Below are positions 38,072-47,577 of a DNA stretch of 64,000 bases, piece by piece; position 1 is the first letter of the stretch, and each line of letters begins with the position of its first letter. Source of the stretch: Patescibacteria group bacterium (GTDB lineage Bacteria; Patescibacteriota; Patescibacteriia; UBA9934; GWF2-40-263); NCBI GenBank assembly GCA_038064815.1, contig JBBTSF010000064.1:2308-66307 (forward strand), in the 5' to 3' direction. Under the pieces are notes generated by a model that saw nothing but the letters and a program-made list of their open reading frames with translations, had not been told where the DNA came from and ran no database searches. Both the position numbers and the translations under genes were made by a program.

Positions 38072-38695
38072 GTGTACGAAACCATGGTTCTTGTCACGAT
38101 CCTCCTCAAGGTCGTGTCTTCTATTCATTACGTGTATTGCGCGTGGACACGTCGGACGTCGCCGGTGCCGGCGACATGGATTCTGCTCCTCACTACAATG
38201 GCCCTTTCATTGTGGATGTATTGGCACAGCGAGAACAAATCGTGGACGGCAAACATTGGGCTGATGGCGGCGTTTGGGAGCACGGTCTGCATTTTTGTGG
38301 GAGTCATTGCATCCCACATTCGGCACAAGACACTCGTCGTGACCTTCAATCGAGTACAGAAAGGATGCTTGATGGCAGGAGCACTTATTGTCCTGTTCTG
38401 GACTTTTACGCGCCAGCCGCTCATCTCCTACGTGCTTGTTCAATGCATCGCCTTGGTGGGTTATTTCGCCACCGTCCAAAAGCTGCGAAGTGTGACCTCT
38501 AGCACCGAACCCTTGTTCCTCTGGGTGTGTGTGCTCCTGTCAGGGTTGAGTGCCCTCTACCCAGCTTGGGTGAAGAGCGATGTCTTCGCTTGCATCTATC
38601 TTGGACGGGCAATTCCCTCTACCGTTCTCATGGTTCTGCTGATCGCAAAGATCAAAACGAACTCGGCTCCACTTTCAGACACGGCCTCCTCGTAG
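38072..38695 (+). CDS. hypothetical polytopic membrane protein, GC-rich
   Basis: Six predicted TM helices. AAGGGGG lies upstream of the GTG at 38072, with an in-frame ATG at 38084. The track ORF starts at a TTG. Confidence 0.45.
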   Translation: MYETMVLVTILLKVVSSIHYVYCAWTRRTSPVPATWILLLTTMALSLWMYWHSENKSWTANIGLMAAFGSTVCIFVGVIASHIRHKTLVVTFNRVQKGCLMAGALIVLFWTFTRQPLISYVLVQCIALVGYFATVQKLRSVTSSTEPLFLWVCVLLSGLSALYPAWVKSDVFACIYLGRAIPSTVLMVLLIAKIKTNSAPLSDTASS

Positions 38696-38963
38696 GCGTG
38701 TTTTTTTGTTGCAACCCATTGACATTTTTCTCTTTTCATGACACGGTCTGAATAGAATCACCTGTAAATAATTTTATGAACAAAGACAATACCCGCAGTT
38801 CCACGCTCGCACGGTCTCGCAAGGCCGCAACGCAAGGCTCAAGCTCTGCACAGTGTTCTTTTTGTCGCTCGGGACGTTATGGGGTTCGTTGTCCACTGGG
38901 ACATCTGCCAAAGCAAAGCGCCGGACACTCTTTGTCCAGTTCAAGACGATAATGTTCATAAAC

Positions 38964-38991
38964 AAAAATAGAGCCTCGTGGCTCTATTTTT
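38964..38991. terminator. bidirectional intrinsic terminator downstream of hup
   Basis: AAAAATAGAGCC-tcgt-GGCTCTATTTTT. Confidence 0.6.
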
Positions 38992-38993
38992 GT

Positions 38994-39284
38994 TTAAACG
39001 CTTCGTTTTCCTTTTAATGTATCTTTGAGCGCTTTTCCTGCTTTGAACTTTGGCACGACAACGGTTGGAATTTCGATCGCTTCACTTGGTTTTTGCGGAT
39101 TCACTCCCATGCGGCCTTTGCGTTGTCTGGCGCTGAATGTTCCAAATCCAGCAATCGTCACTTCATCGCCATTAAGAAGTGTGCGGGTGACGATTTCCTC
39201 AAAAGCGGCGACGAAATCTTCGGCGAGTTTTTTGGAAACATTCAGTTGTTCGGCAAGGCGAGTTGCCAGGTCAGCTTTGTTCAT
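38994..39284 (-). CDS. hup: HU-family DNA-binding protein
   Basis: MNKADLATRLAEQLNVSKKLAEDFVAAFEEIV...GFGTFSARQRKGRMGVNPQ is canonical HU/IHF. Confidence 0.9.
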   Translation of the reverse strand: MNKADLATRLAEQLNVSKKLAEDFVAAFEEIVTRTLLNGDEVTIAGFGTFSARQRKGRMGVNPQKPSEAIEIPTVVVPKFKAGKALKDTLKGKRSV

Positions 39285-39307
39285 ATCTTAGGCTCAAGAT
39301 AGCACAA

Positions 39308-40873
39308 TTATCTCGCGTATTCAATCACGCGTGTTTCACGAATGACGGTGACTTTAATTTCTCCTGGGTAACTGAGTTCCGCTTCAATTTTGTTTGCGAT
39401 ATCTTTGGCGAGTTTGAAGGCGGTGAGGTCGTCGATTTTTTGTGGATGAATGAAGACGCGGATTTCACGACCCGCTTGAATGGCATACGTTTTCTCCACG
39501 CCCTCAAACGCGTTCGCGGTTTTTTCCAACTCTTCCATGCGTTGCACAAATTGTTCGAGCGATTGTTTGCGTGCGCCTGGACGTGAACCGGAAATTGCGT
39601 CCGCGGCTTTCACGATGGCACCCTCAATTGTACGCGGACGATCTTCGTGATGAGCAATCGACTGGTAACAAATCTCTTCTGGGAATCCAAACTTCTTCAT
39701 GATGTTGTAGCCGATTTCTGGATGGGCGCCTTGCATGTCGTGATCGACCGCTTTTCCAATATCGTGGAACAGTCCACCTTTTTTACAGATGAATACATCG
39801 GCTCCAAGTTCCTCCGCGATCATTCCGGCAATCGTTCCAACCTCAAGCGAGTGTTGAAGGGCATTTTGTCCGTAGCTTGTACGAAACTTCATGCGCCCGA
39901 GAATCGAGGTGAGTTTTGGATCAACAGAGGAAACAGGAATTCCAAGTTGATACAACGCTTCTTCTCCCGCTTTGCGTAAGTCTTGTGCGAGCGATTTTTT
40001 TGCTTCCTGAACCGCTTCTTCGATACGAGCTGGCTGAATACGACCATCCTTGATAAGTGCTTCCAAAGAGCGTTTCGCGACCTGGCGACGAATAGGGGAG
40101 AAGCCACTGATCGTGATGGCGTTTGGGGTATCATCCACGATAATTTCGGTTCCGGTGAGAAGTTCGATTGCTTTGATGTTGCGTCCCTCTTTTCCGATAA
40201 TGCGTCCTTTCATTTCATCGTTTGGAAGTTCTACAGACGTGGTGGTGGTATCGGCGCAGACAGAGGAGGCATAGCGAGTCAGGGCAAGGGAAAGCACTTT
40301 GCGTGATTTCACCTCGAGCTCTTCTTCGGTAACTTCTTCCATTTTGCGCAGACGCGTCATGAGGGCTTCTTGTGAATCCTCTTGGACTTGTTGCATCAAT
40401 CGTTCCTCGGCTTGCTCGTGTGTGAGTTTTGCAACCTCTTGTAGCTTCACGATCTGTTCTTCTTTTAATTGTTCGATCGAGGATCGTACACTCTCGATTT
40501 CTTTTGTTTTTTCCTCTAACTTCGTTTTTTTGTCTTCGACTTCGATCAGCTTCTCATCAAACATGCTTTCTCGCTTTTCCAAGCGTCGTTGCTGATCTTG
40601 AATATCACGACGTCGTGTTTGTTCCTCACGCTTGGCTTCTTCGATAAGGTTGATGGATTTTTCTTTTGCCTCAAGGAGAAGTTCTTGTTGACTGGTCTTT
40701 GCTTGTTGAAGAATCTCTTGCTGCTTTGCCTTTGCTTCACTGAGCATCTGCTCGGCTTTTGCTTCGGCATGATCGGCGGATTTTTTTCCAACCGATTGGC
40801 GATAATAATATCCACCCGCTCCTCCTATTGCGAGCGCAATCAGTGTGAGAACGATTGTTTGGAGAATTAACAT
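39308..40873 (-). CDS. rny: ribonuclease Y
   Basis: An N-terminal TM helix, coiled coil, KH domain (GKEGRNIKAIELLTG), and HD domain (HSLEV..IAGMIAEELG...LFHDIGKA). The start is the ATG at 40873. Confidence 0.9.
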   Translation of the reverse strand: MLILQTIVLTLIALAIGGAGGYYYRQSVGKKSADHAEAKAEQMLSEAKAKQQEILQQAKTSQQELLLEAKEKSINLIEEAKREEQTRRRDIQDQQRRLEKRESMFDEKLIEVEDKKTKLEEKTKEIESVRSSIEQLKEEQIVKLQEVAKLTHEQAEERLMQQVQEDSQEALMTRLRKMEEVTEEELEVKSRKVLSLALTRYASSVCADTTTTSVELPNDEMKGRIIGKEGRNIKAIELLTGTEIIVDDTPNAITISGFSPIRRQVAKRSLEALIKDGRIQPARIEEAVQEAKKSLAQDLRKAGEEALYQLGIPVSSVDPKLTSILGRMKFRTSYGQNALQHSLEVGTIAGMIAEELGADVFICKKGGLFHDIGKAVDHDMQGAHPEIGYNIMKKFGFPEEICYQSIAHHEDRPRTIEGAIVKAADAISGSRPGARKQSLEQFVQRMEELEKTANAFEGVEKTYAIQAGREIRVFIHPQKIDDLTAFKLAKDIANKIEAELSYPGEIKVTVIRETRVIEYAR

Positions 40874-41093
40874 AAAACAGTCTTCTATTTTCCAAAGAAG
40901 CATCGCGAGCGGTTTTATGGACTTTACTTACGACAACAATGAGCCCCTTTTATGGGAGGGGATGCGGAAATTCGAGGATGAAAAGCCGATAATTGAAGGC
41001 ATAGAAAGGCCAAATGACGCCACGGGTGTTGCTTCTGTTGGAACGTTCATTTGATTAAACACGCATTGAAGGTATCAAAAAACCCCCGTGCTG

Positions 41094-41825
41094 TCAAAGA
41101 CGCGCAAGGAGGCTTTCCGCTGAAACAAGCAAATTTTTCCAATCTTCGGTTTTAAATTTCTCCAGGGAGACAGACTCGGAAATCGTGAATGGGCCGATGG
41201 AAGTGCGACGCAATTCCTGTACATATCCTCCCGTTCCCAGCGCCTGCCCAAGGTCGCGCGCGATTGCACGGATGTAGGTGCCTGTAGAACAGTGGATGAT
41301 GAGTGGGAGGAGGGTTTGTGAAGAGCCGGCTTCAATGGCGTGGATAGGTCCTATTTTAATGGAGTGGATGGTTACGGTTCGCGGCTTCGCCTCCAGCGGT
41401 TTTCCCTCACGCGCCGCCTCATACATTTTCTTTCCACCAATCTTGATCGCCGAATAAGCCGGTGGAATCTGTGAAATCTCGCCAGTGAATTGCTTAAGCG
41501 CATCCGCGATTGCGTCATGTCCTCCTCCCCCTGCTAGGGGGGAGGTCGGGAGGGGGGCACGTGGCGTAATCGTCCCCATCCGATCATCCGTATCCGAACT
41601 CGCTCCAAGCACAAACACCGCCTCATACGTCTTATCGAGTCCTACTAACTTAGGAAACTCTCGTGTCGCTTCACGTCCAACCCCAATAATCAAAAGCCCG
41701 CTCGCAAACGGATCAAGTGTTCCCGCATGACCCACGCGTTTTTCTCCCGTGATACGCCGAATTTTATCGACGATATCGTGAGAAGTGGGGCCGATTGGCT
41801 TGTCGATCAGGAGGAAGCCGGACAT
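41094..41825 (-). CDS. truB: tRNA pseudouridine(55) synthase TruB, carrying an in-frame copy of the GC-rich palindromic element
   Basis: Canonical GHAGTLDPFASGLL catalytic Asp motif and QIPPAYSAIKIGGKKMYE. The extra Pro/Gly segment TPRAPLPTSPLAGGGG is encoded by the 38 nt repeat. Confidence 0.9.
   Translation of the reverse strand: MSGFLLIDKPIGPTSHDIVDKIRRITGEKRVGHAGTLDPFASGLLIIGVGREATREFPKLVGLDKTYEAVFVLGASSDTDDRMGTITPRAPLPTSPLAGGGGHDAIADALKQFTGEISQIPPAYSAIKIGGKKMYEAAREGKPLEAKPRTVTIHSIKIGPIHAIEAGSSQTLLPLIIHCSTGTYIRAIARDLGQALGTGGYVQELRRTSIGPFTISESVSLEKFKTEDWKNLLVSAESLLARL
41521..41558. repeat. GC-rich palindromic element, intragenic copy inside truB, inverted relative to 3692-3729
   Basis: Exact 38 nt reverse-complement identity, in frame in the truB coding sequence. 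Local GC is far above the surrounding gene. Confidence 0.85.
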
Positions 41826-41902
41826 AGTTTCGCCATCGTACCATGATCTTTGACCTTTTCTGCCTTTTCCCGTAAACTCGCAGAAGTTTCTTTATCTTGC
41901 CT

Positions 41903-43936
41903 ATGAACATTACTGAACTCGCGCGTCGCATGCGGATCAATCCGATTTTGCTCAGAGATAAACTCCCTGAGCTCGGGTTTAGTGTTGGAAAAAAGGCGAT
42001 CAAGATTGATAACCGTCAGGCCCAAGCCATCATGGAAGCCTGGTCGGAGATGACGCGCAAAGAACGACTCGCGCAAAAGATGGAAGCACAAAAAAGTTCT
42101 CGCGAGCGCGGAGCCGATGGAGCTCTGGTCGAACTCAAAACGGTTGCCGTTCCCGCCGTGATTAGCGTTCGCGATTTTGCCTCTCGCCTTGAATTGCCTG
42201 TTCCACGCGTCATGCAGGAGCTCATGAAGAACGGAATTTTGGCGGCGATCAATCAACAAATCGATTTTAATACCGCAAGCATTATTGGTGAGGATCTTGG
42301 CTTTAAGGCTGAACTGGAAGGAAGTGCTGTTGTGGAAGATACACAAGGTTTAGAAAAAATTCGTGAACGTGCAGAGTCTGAAGATGAAAATTTACAGTCT
42401 CGTCCACCCGTCATTGTGGTGATGGGACACGTCGACCACGGAAAAACAAAATTGCTCGATGCGATTCGCGAAACGAAAGTCATGGAAAGCGAGGCTGGTG
42501 GAATCACTCAGCACATCGGTGCGTACCAAGTGGATCACAAAGGCAAGTCGCTTACCTTCATTGATACCCCCGGTCACGAAGCGTTTACCGTGATGCGTTC
42601 GCGTGGAGCGAAAGTGGCGGATTTGGCGATTCTTGTGGTCGCAGCTGACGACGGAGTCCAACCACAAACAAAAGAAGCGGTCGACATCATCAAGTCCGCT
42701 GGTCTTCCATTTATCGTTGCACTGAACAAGATCGATCGCGAACAATCCAACATCGACAAAGTAAAAAGTGAACTTTCCGAACTCGGGCTCGTGCCAGAAG
42801 ATTGGGGAGGAAAGACAATCATCGTTCCGATTTCTGCAAAACAAGGAACAAACATTCAAACCCTTCTCGACATGTTGCTGTTGGTTGCGGACATAGAGAA
42901 AGATCGCATTGTCGCCAATCCAGATCACCGCGCACTCGGAACTGTTATTGAGTCCCATGTGAATCCAGGATCAGGAGCGGTTGCGACTGTTTTGATTCAG
43001 AGCGGAACATTGCGCGTCGGAGAAACACTCAGTGTGCACGACACTCTCTATGGTCGTGTACGCGCCATGCGTAACTGGAAAGGAGAAGAGTTGAAACAAG
43101 CCGGCCCTTCCACACCGGTAGAGATTATTGGATGGAAAAATGCACCTGCGGTTGGAGATATCATGGAAGTTCCAGATCCAACCCAAGAATTGAAAAAGAT
43201 TAAAGCCACGGATAGTTCGTTTAAAGCCACCGAAGAAATGGCTTCGATTCGTCACACGCAAGCCTCGGATGAAAAAGAAGAAAAAGATCATCCAGGTAAG
43301 GTGATGTTGAATGTCATTATTCGTTGCGACGTTCTTGGTTCACTGGAAGCCATTTTAGGAATGCTCGACAAGATTCATCACGAAGAGGTTGGTGTCAAAG
43401 TGACACAAAAAGGACTTGGAAATATTACGGACGCGGACATCTTGAGTGCGGAAGCACAAAAGGCGATCGTGATCGGATTCAATGTGCGCCCAACCACAAC
43501 AGCAGAAGAGTTGGCTCGAGATAAAGAAGTTGAAATCCGAAAATATCAGATCATCTACAAATTGTTTGAATCGATTTTGGATGATTTGCAGAAGCTTGTT
43601 CCATCCCAAACGATCCTCACAGAGATTGGAACCTTTGGTGTGTTGAAGAATTTTCGAAAAACAGACAATGGATTTATTTTGGGAGGTCAGGTTCGAAAGG
43701 GGGTGCTCGTTGCGAAAGCGAAACTTCGTCTTTCACGCGCGGGAGAATATATTGGTGAAGGAGTGATCGAAGCATTGCAACTTGGAAAGTCTGAACTCAA
43801 AGAAGCACGCGAAGGACAGGAGATCGGACTCAAGTATAAAGGAAAAATCAAACCAGAAGAGGGGGATATGCTCGAAGCATACACAGAAGAGGTGATTGCA
43901 AAAAAATTGAAAATTGAAGGCATTCGTCTTCGCTAA
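41903..43936 (+). CDS. infB: translation initiation factor IF-2
   Basis: G domain VVVMGHVDHGKTKLLDAIR...DTPGHEAF...NKID, plus the C-terminal beta-barrels. The ATG is at 41903; the track ORF starts at a TTG at 41897. Confidence 0.9.
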   Translation: MNITELARRMRINPILLRDKLPELGFSVGKKAIKIDNRQAQAIMEAWSEMTRKERLAQKMEAQKSSRERGADGALVELKTVAVPAVISVRDFASRLELPVPRVMQELMKNGILAAINQQIDFNTASIIGEDLGFKAELEGSAVVEDTQGLEKIRERAESEDENLQSRPPVIVVMGHVDHGKTKLLDAIRETKVMESEAGGITQHIGAYQVDHKGKSLTFIDTPGHEAFTVMRSRGAKVADLAILVVAADDGVQPQTKEAVDIIKSAGLPFIVALNKIDREQSNIDKVKSELSELGLVPEDWGGKTIIVPISAKQGTNIQTLLDMLLLVADIEKDRIVANPDHRALGTVIESHVNPGSGAVATVLIQSGTLRVGETLSVHDTLYGRVRAMRNWKGEELKQAGPSTPVEIIGWKNAPAVGDIMEVPDPTQELKKIKATDSSFKATEEMASIRHTQASDEKEEKDHPGKVMLNVIIRCDVLGSLEAILGMLDKIHHEEVGVKVTQKGLGNITDADILSAEAQKAIVIGFNVRPTTTAEELARDKEVEIRKYQIIYKLFESILDDLQKLVPSQTILTEIGTFGVLKNFRKTDNGFILGGQVRKGVLVAKAKLRLSRAGEYIGEGVIEALQLGKSELKEAREGQEIGLKYKGKIKPEEGDMLEAYTEEVIAKKLKIEGIRLR

Positions 43937-43945
43937 GTTTTTCTT

Positions 43946-44260
43946 ATGTCTGAACTCACACTGACTTCTTTAAATTTCGATCAAGCCGTTTTGCAGTCTG
44001 CTAAACCTGTCCTTGTAGATTTTTGGGCACCATGGTGTGGACCCTGCAAAATCATGGCTCCGGTTTTGGAAGCACTCGCCCAAGAGATGGATAGCGTCGT
44101 GATTGGAAAAGTGAACGTCGATGAAGACGGCGAACTCGCACAACGCTATAACATTCTTTCCATCCCAACCTTTATTATTTTCAAAGGTGGCCAAGTACTC
44201 GAACAGTTTTCTGGAACGATGAGCAAAGAACAACTCAAAGAAAAACTCTTAGCGTTATAG
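43946..44260 (+). CDS. trxA: thioredoxin
   Basis: WAPWCGPCK active site. Confidence 0.9.
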   Translation: MSELTLTSLNFDQAVLQSAKPVLVDFWAPWCGPCKIMAPVLEALAQEMDSVVIGKVNVDEDGELAQRYNILSIPTFIIFKGGQVLEQFSGTMSKEQLKEKLLAL

Positions 44261-44283
44261 GTCCTATAGGACCAATTGGACCT

Positions 44284-45222
44284 ATGTCAGAACGAAAACT
44301 CATTATCATTGGTTCTGGTCCCGCAGGATACACCGCGGCAATTTATGCCGCACGTGCAGAACTCAAACCGATGTTGTTTGAAGGACAAAGTCTCGGTGGT
44401 CAACCTGGCGGTCAGCTCATGCTTACAACCGAGGTCGAGAATTTCCCTGGATTCCCTCAGGGTTTGATGGGTCCAGAAATGATGGAGCTCTTCAAAAAAC
44501 AAGCCTTACGATTTGGCACAGAGATTCTTCCTGAGGATATTGTCTCTGTCGATTTTTCCAAACGACCGTTTGTGGTAAACACTGCGACCCAGTCCTATAC
44601 ATCCGATGCAGTGATCATCTGCACAGGTGCACAAGCCATCTGGCTTGCTGTTCCTGGTGAAAAGCAATATCAAGGTCATGGTGTCACCGCTTGTGCCACA
44701 TGCGACGGATTCTTTTTTAAAGGAAAGGATGTGGTCGTTGTGGGCGGAGGAGATTCTGCGATGGAAGAAGCTTTGTTTCTCACGAAGTTTGCAAACAAAG
44801 TGACCGTGATGCACCGACGTGCCGAGCTTCGCGCTTCAAAGATCATGCAGAAGCGTGCGCAAGACAATCCAAAGATTGAGTTTGTGTGGAATACAGAAAT
44901 TCAAGAAGTGCTTGGTGATGGAACGCGGATGACAGGTCTCAAAATTTTCAACAATCAAACGAGCGCGATTTCTGAATTTGCCGCGGACGGATTATTCCTC
45001 GCGATTGGTCACAAACCCAACACAGAAATTTTCCAAGGCCAACTCGAGCTCGATCAAAAAGGCTACATCATCGTCCAACACGGCTCGACTCGCACAAGTG
45101 TGGAAGGAGTCTTCGCGGGTGGCGACGTCATCGATCACATCTACCGCCAAGCAATTACCGCCGCCGGGACAGGATGTATGGCGGCACTCGATGCAGAGCG
45201 ATGGCTCTCTGTTCAAGAATAA
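44284..45222 (+). CDS. trxB: thioredoxin-disulfide reductase
   Basis: GSGPAGYTAAIYAAR FAD motif and the CATCDGFFF redox-active disulfide. Confidence 0.9.
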   Translation: MSERKLIIIGSGPAGYTAAIYAARAELKPMLFEGQSLGGQPGGQLMLTTEVENFPGFPQGLMGPEMMELFKKQALRFGTEILPEDIVSVDFSKRPFVVNTATQSYTSDAVIICTGAQAIWLAVPGEKQYQGHGVTACATCDGFFFKGKDVVVVGGGDSAMEEALFLTKFANKVTVMHRRAELRASKIMQKRAQDNPKIEFVWNTEIQEVLGDGTRMTGLKIFNNQTSAISEFAADGLFLAIGHKPNTEIFQGQLELDQKGYIIVQHGSTRTSVEGVFAGGDVIDHIYRQAITAAGTGCMAALDAERWLSVQE

Positions 45223-45228
45223 GAAAAA

Positions 45229-45258
45229 ACAACCGGTTTACGCCGGTTGTTTTGTTTT
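45229..45258 (+). terminator. intrinsic terminator after trxB
   Basis: AACAACCGG-tttacg-CCGGTTGTTTTGTTTT. Confidence 0.6.
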
Positions 45259-45292
45259 CCGAAAAAGCCTATTCTTAATTCACAAAAAATCT

Positions 45293-46513
45293 ATGCCAAA
45301 TCCATTCGAAAATGCCCTTACGCAGCTTGAACGTGCGGTTGCTGTTTCGTCCTTTGATTCAAAACTTATTTCTCGACTCATACATCCGAATCGCCAAATC
45401 CAGGCACAACTTCCGCTTGAGATGGACGACGGTTCGCTTCGTTTTGTGGAAGCATATCGTGTGCAACACAATGCCTGGCGCGGGCCGTATAAAGGAGGAA
45501 TTCGTTTTCATGAGCAGACGGATATTGAAGAAGTAAAAGCGCTCGCGTTTTGGATGACGCTTAAGTGCGCCGTTGCGAATATCCCGATGGGGGGAGGAAA
45601 AGGTGGAGCCACTATCAATCCAAAAGAATTGTCTCAAACAGAATTGGAACGACTTTCCCGCGCGTGGATGCGCGCGATGGCGGATGTGGTTGGGCCAGAC
45701 AAAGATGTTCCAGCTCCGGACGTAAACACGACTCCACAAATTATGGCGTGGATGGCGGATGAATATGGAAAGATCACGGGTGATCGAACGGGAGCCGTCA
45801 TCACAGGCAAGCCGATCGAAAACGGCGGATCATTGGGACGCGACATCGCCACGGCACTCGGCGGACTCTTCGTCTTCGAAGCTCTTCGTGAAAAATTAGG
45901 CCTGCCAGAAAAATGTCGTATTGTGATTCAAGGATTTGGAAACGCGGGCCTTCATGCCGCAGAATTATTTTCTCGTGCGGGGCATATGATTGTGGGGACG
46001 TCTGATTCAAAAGGCGCAATCGTGTCTGCAAGTGGACTCGATGTCGCGGCGCTTAGTGCACATAAAGAACAAACAAAATCCGTGAAAGGATTTGCCGGCG
46101 TGCAAGATATCTCTGGCAGTATTTTAGAAGTCGAATGTGACGTGCTTATTCCTGCCGCGCTTGAAAATCAGATCACAAAAGAAAACGCTTCTCGTATCAA
46201 TACCAAGATGATTTTAGAACTCGCCAACGGACCAACGACTCCGGATGCAGATGACGTTTTGTTTGCAAAAGACATCACCGTCATTCCAGATATTCTGGCG
46301 AACTCGGGTGGTGTGACTGTTTCGACTTACGAATGGGAGCAAAATAAAAAAGGCGAGCATTGGAGTGTGGAAGATGTGCATGCTCGACTCAAACAAAACA
46401 TTCAGTCTCAAGCGCATTTGATTTTTGATCGTTCGAAAGAATTACATACAGATATGCGCCGTAGTGCGTTTACCGTCGCACTCGAACGACTCGCGCAAGC
46501 CATGCCTAAATAA
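45293..46513 (+). CDS. gdhA: Glu/Leu/Phe/Val dehydrogenase (short glutamate dehydrogenase)
   Basis: GPYKGGIRFH, the catalytic Lys-region PMGGGKGG, and the NAD(P) fold GFGNAG. The ATG is at 45293, inside the longer track ORF. Confidence 0.9.
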   Translation: MPNPFENALTQLERAVAVSSFDSKLISRLIHPNRQIQAQLPLEMDDGSLRFVEAYRVQHNAWRGPYKGGIRFHEQTDIEEVKALAFWMTLKCAVANIPMGGGKGGATINPKELSQTELERLSRAWMRAMADVVGPDKDVPAPDVNTTPQIMAWMADEYGKITGDRTGAVITGKPIENGGSLGRDIATALGGLFVFEALREKLGLPEKCRIVIQGFGNAGLHAAELFSRAGHMIVGTSDSKGAIVSASGLDVAALSAHKEQTKSVKGFAGVQDISGSILEVECDVLIPAALENQITKENASRINTKMILELANGPTTPDADDVLFAKDITVIPDILANSGGVTVSTYEWEQNKKGEHWSVEDVHARLKQNIQSQAHLIFDRSKELHTDMRRSAFTVALERLAQAMPK

Positions 46514-46546
46514 AAAACGCTCTCACCCGCAGGGAGAACGTTGAGA

Positions 46547-47455
46547 TCAGGGCGAAGGCTGAGCCTCCGCGGCAGGTGCGGTGAGTTGGTGGGGCCACGC
46601 GTGGAGCATGGCCGTTTCGAGGGCCGCAACCTCGGTGCCATTCATGGCGAGATCATATCGTCCGCCATTGAGACGGCCGACTCGGACGATCACGGGAACG
46701 AATCCCGTGTCGTTGTCGACGTTGAATCGCCGCACCTTGTCGAAGAAGCGACGGCGTCTGGCAGAGGTCTGTGCGACCTCGATGTCGGAAGGCCGTTCGG
46801 CGAGCACTAACGCGTCTAGTCCTGTTCCCGAGACTCCCGTCTTGATGTCGAGTGCGAGTTCAACGGGACCATAGCGGACGAAGAGGTCGACCCCGTCGTC
46901 GACATCCTCGTGGATGCTGGGAAGGAACACTTCGCAGTCGCGGATGCTACAGAACGCCATGATCGTCCGGGCGCATGCGGCGGCTCCGACGAAGGCGTTT
47001 TCCCACTCCATCCGATCATACCCGATGTGTCTTCCCAGCTCGAAGAGCATCTGGTGTTGAGCTTCCACGACCGACGCGAGTACGAGGCTCAAACGTTGCT
47101 GGATCATGGCACCCAACACGGGAATGCATCGACCAAATCGGCGGAGTTGAATTCGCTGATTGGCGATGTATGCCTGCAACCGGTGCAGTGCGACCACTTC
47201 CTGCAGCAACCGGTCGATCACATGCCGCACCGCGAACGGCAACAGCATCTCGTCCACGATCATCATGAAGTGACCGACGTACACTCGGGCGATCGAAGTC
47301 GCGTCGAGAATCGTCGCCCACTTCCACGGAATGACCGTCTCCGCAATGACCCGAAGGTCGTTGGTGAAGAGATATCCCGGGAGCACATGCAATGCCCCCG
47401 CCCGTCGAACCTGCTGATGGGTGAGGACGAATGCTTCGAGCATGGCACGCTCCAT
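46547..47455 (-). CDS. hypothetical protein of 302 aa, GC-rich, no recognizable family
   Basis: ATG at 47455 (MERAMLEAF). The AT-rich 117 nt upstream of it, which the track includes in the ORF, looks like a promoter region. About 60% GC. The antisense ORF 46910..47911 is composition noise. Confidence 0.45.
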   Translation of the reverse strand: MERAMLEAFVLTHQQVRRAGALHVLPGYLFTNDLRVIAETVIPWKWATILDATSIARVYVGHFMMIVDEMLLPFAVRHVIDRLLQEVVALHRLQAYIANQRIQLRRFGRCIPVLGAMIQQRLSLVLASVVEAQHQMLFELGRHIGYDRMEWENAFVGAAACARTIMAFCSIRDCEVFLPSIHEDVDDGVDLFVRYGPVELALDIKTGVSGTGLDALVLAERPSDIEVAQTSARRRRFFDKVRRFNVDNDTGFVPVIVRVGRLNGGRYDLAMNGTEVAALETAMLHAWPHQLTAPAAEAQPSP

Positions 47456-47577
47456 TCCGACAAGATCGAGGTAAGTGGATATAAATCTACCGAAGGAACA
47501 GACGCAGAGAATAATGGAAAAACCTCGTTTTGTCAAGGTTGTCCGCGTTTGATAAGATCCATGCAATATCAATTTTT

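Noticed and set aside
38777-38953. 58 aa basic Cys-containing ORF (MNKDNTRSSTLARSRKAATQGSSSAQCSFCRSGRYGVRCPLGH...) in the hup upstream region
   Set aside because: No RBS, a single unpaired CxxC, and it lies in a promoter-like AT-rich stretch. Insufficient support.
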